Assembly: GCA_031370005.1 (NCBI GenBank)
Contig: JANMPT010000092.1
Span: 1 to 64,000 of the forward strand
Direction of reading: 5' to 3'
DNA from: Bdellovibrionales bacterium
GTDB lineage: Bacteria; Bdellovibrionota; Bdellovibrionia; Bdellovibrionales; Bdellovibrionaceae
DNA length: 64,000 bases
The notes below the pieces were generated by a model that made no database searches, was not told the DNA's origin, and saw nothing but the letters and a program-made list of their open reading frames with translations. Shown here in pieces: positions 63,032-64,000 of this stretch (its first letter is position 1; each line of letters opens with the position of its first letter). The translations under genes and the position numbers were made by a program.

Positions 63032-63358
63032 ATGGCAGGCAATCATGTAGACAGTCAGGGACACCATATCACTCCATTTGTCGTTTATTTGAAGGTAGCG
63101 GCAGCCTTATTTGCGCTTACTTTTTTGACGGTTATAGCCCATCACTTCAGTCAACAGCTGGGGGCCTTTGCTGCACCAGTGGCATTTTTGATTGCCACGA
63201 TTAAGGCGATTTTAGTTATGTTGTGGTTCATGCATTTAAAATACGAAAGCGTTGTCAACCGTGTGATTTTTGGAGCAGGATTTTTTTTCTTAGCAATCTT
63301 ATTGGCATTCTCGGGATTAGATATTTGGACGCGCGTTGTAGTGTTTAGCACGTTGTAA
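63032..63358 (+). CDS. cytochrome c oxidase subunit IV
   Basis: KAILVMLWFMHLKYE; GGAGG RBS before ATG 63032. Confidence 0.88.
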   Translation: MAGNHVDSQGHHITPFVVYLKVAAALFALTFLTVIAHHFSQQLGAFAAPVAFLIATIKAILVMLWFMHLKYESVVNRVIFGAGFFFLAILLAFSGLDIWTRVVVFSTL

Positions 63359-63366
63359 TATATATT

Positions 63367-64000
63367 GTGCTGAAAATATACACTGATCTTACTAAGTTTG
63401 GCATTGTCGTTTTCGTTCTTCTTTCGGGAGTGGCGGGTTATGCCACGGGCTTCGTGATAGAAAACCCTTTTGATTGGCACCATTTTCTTAAAACAATTTT
63501 GGGTCTTTATTTTTTAAGTTCTGGCAGCTTGGCATTGAATCAAGTGCAGGAGTGGCCCTTGGACCAAAAAATGCCACGGACAGCAATGCGCCCAGTGGCC
63601 GCGGGTATAATCAAGCCTGCCGCAGCGGGAATCTTGGCATTTTTCTTGTTGATACTTGGAGGCAGCTTTCTTTTTGAGACATCAACAACAGCAGGGTGGC
63701 TGGGTGTTTTCACAGTCTTCTTTTACAATGGCCTTTATACTCTTTACTTGAAGCCACAATGGATTTACGCAGCTGTCCCTGGGGCAATTCCTGGTGCAAT
63801 TCCCATCACCATTGGTTATGCAGCAAATTCGCCGGATATTTTTAACTCAGAATCGGTATATTTATTTCTGATTTTATTCCTTTGGCAAATGCCGCACTTT
63901 TGGACCTTATCAATTAAATTTAAAGACGACTATGCTGCGGGGGGAGTTCCCGTCTTGCCTGTTGCCATGGGGGTCGAAAAAACTCTTTATCAAATCGGTC
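63367..64000 (+). CDS. cyoE: protoheme IX farnesyltransferase (heme o synthase), partial
   Basis: Not in the ORF track. Manual translation: MLKIYTDLTKFGIV...LNQVQEWPLDQKMPRTAMRP...GAIPGAIP...WQMPHFW...DDY; runs off the window. Confidence 0.92.
   Translation, partial: MLKIYTDLTKFGIVVFVLLSGVAGYATGFVIENPFDWHHFLKTILGLYFLSSGSLALNQVQEWPLDQKMPRTAMRPVAAGIIKPAAAGILAFFLLILGGSFLFETSTTAGWLGVFTVFFYNGLYTLYLKPQWIYAAVPGAIPGAIPITIGYAANSPDIFNSESVYLFLILFLWQMPHFWTLSIKFKDDYAAGGVPVLPVAMGVEKTLYQIG

Overview
This 64-kb window looks like a Bdellovibrionota (Bdellovibrio-like) chromosome segment. The taxon is inferred from an FQNC-type N-terminal motif, a 'GYSSAQFISNWERG' XRE regulator and several sigma28-like promoters. 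Most of it is housekeeping backbone: xseA-xseB-ispA-tlyA, pepP, glpD, mreB, lpoB, prkA-yeaH-spoVR, tadA, rpsU-yqeY-dnaG-rpoD, recQ, glnB-glnA, trmL, secA, bamE and an A2-type caa3 oxidase operon. A variable region of about 14.7 kb (35.0-49.7 kb) follows a tRNA with a CAT anticodon. Its first 4.2 kb (35001-39201) is bounded by a direct repeat of the tRNA 3' end but has no tyrosine integrase. It carries instead a serine resolvase coupled to an MNT-HEPN pair, a stand-alone HTH+recombinase-domain gene reading inward from the right repeat, a decayed zinc-finger gene, and a ~220-nt nested stem-loop. This is the best candidate here for an undescribed system, a possible 'split serine integrase' element. 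Other notable items: a GcvH-fold protein lacking the lipoyl lysine at the end of the glnB-glnA operon, a TadA-Nudix fusion, a patatin lacking its catalytic Ser, an mreB-ECF sigma-anti-sigma-kinase operon, apparently leaderless sigma28 genes, and a recurring R-x-P-A/S-S motif in exported proteins. All family calls come from reading motifs by eye; no database search was run.
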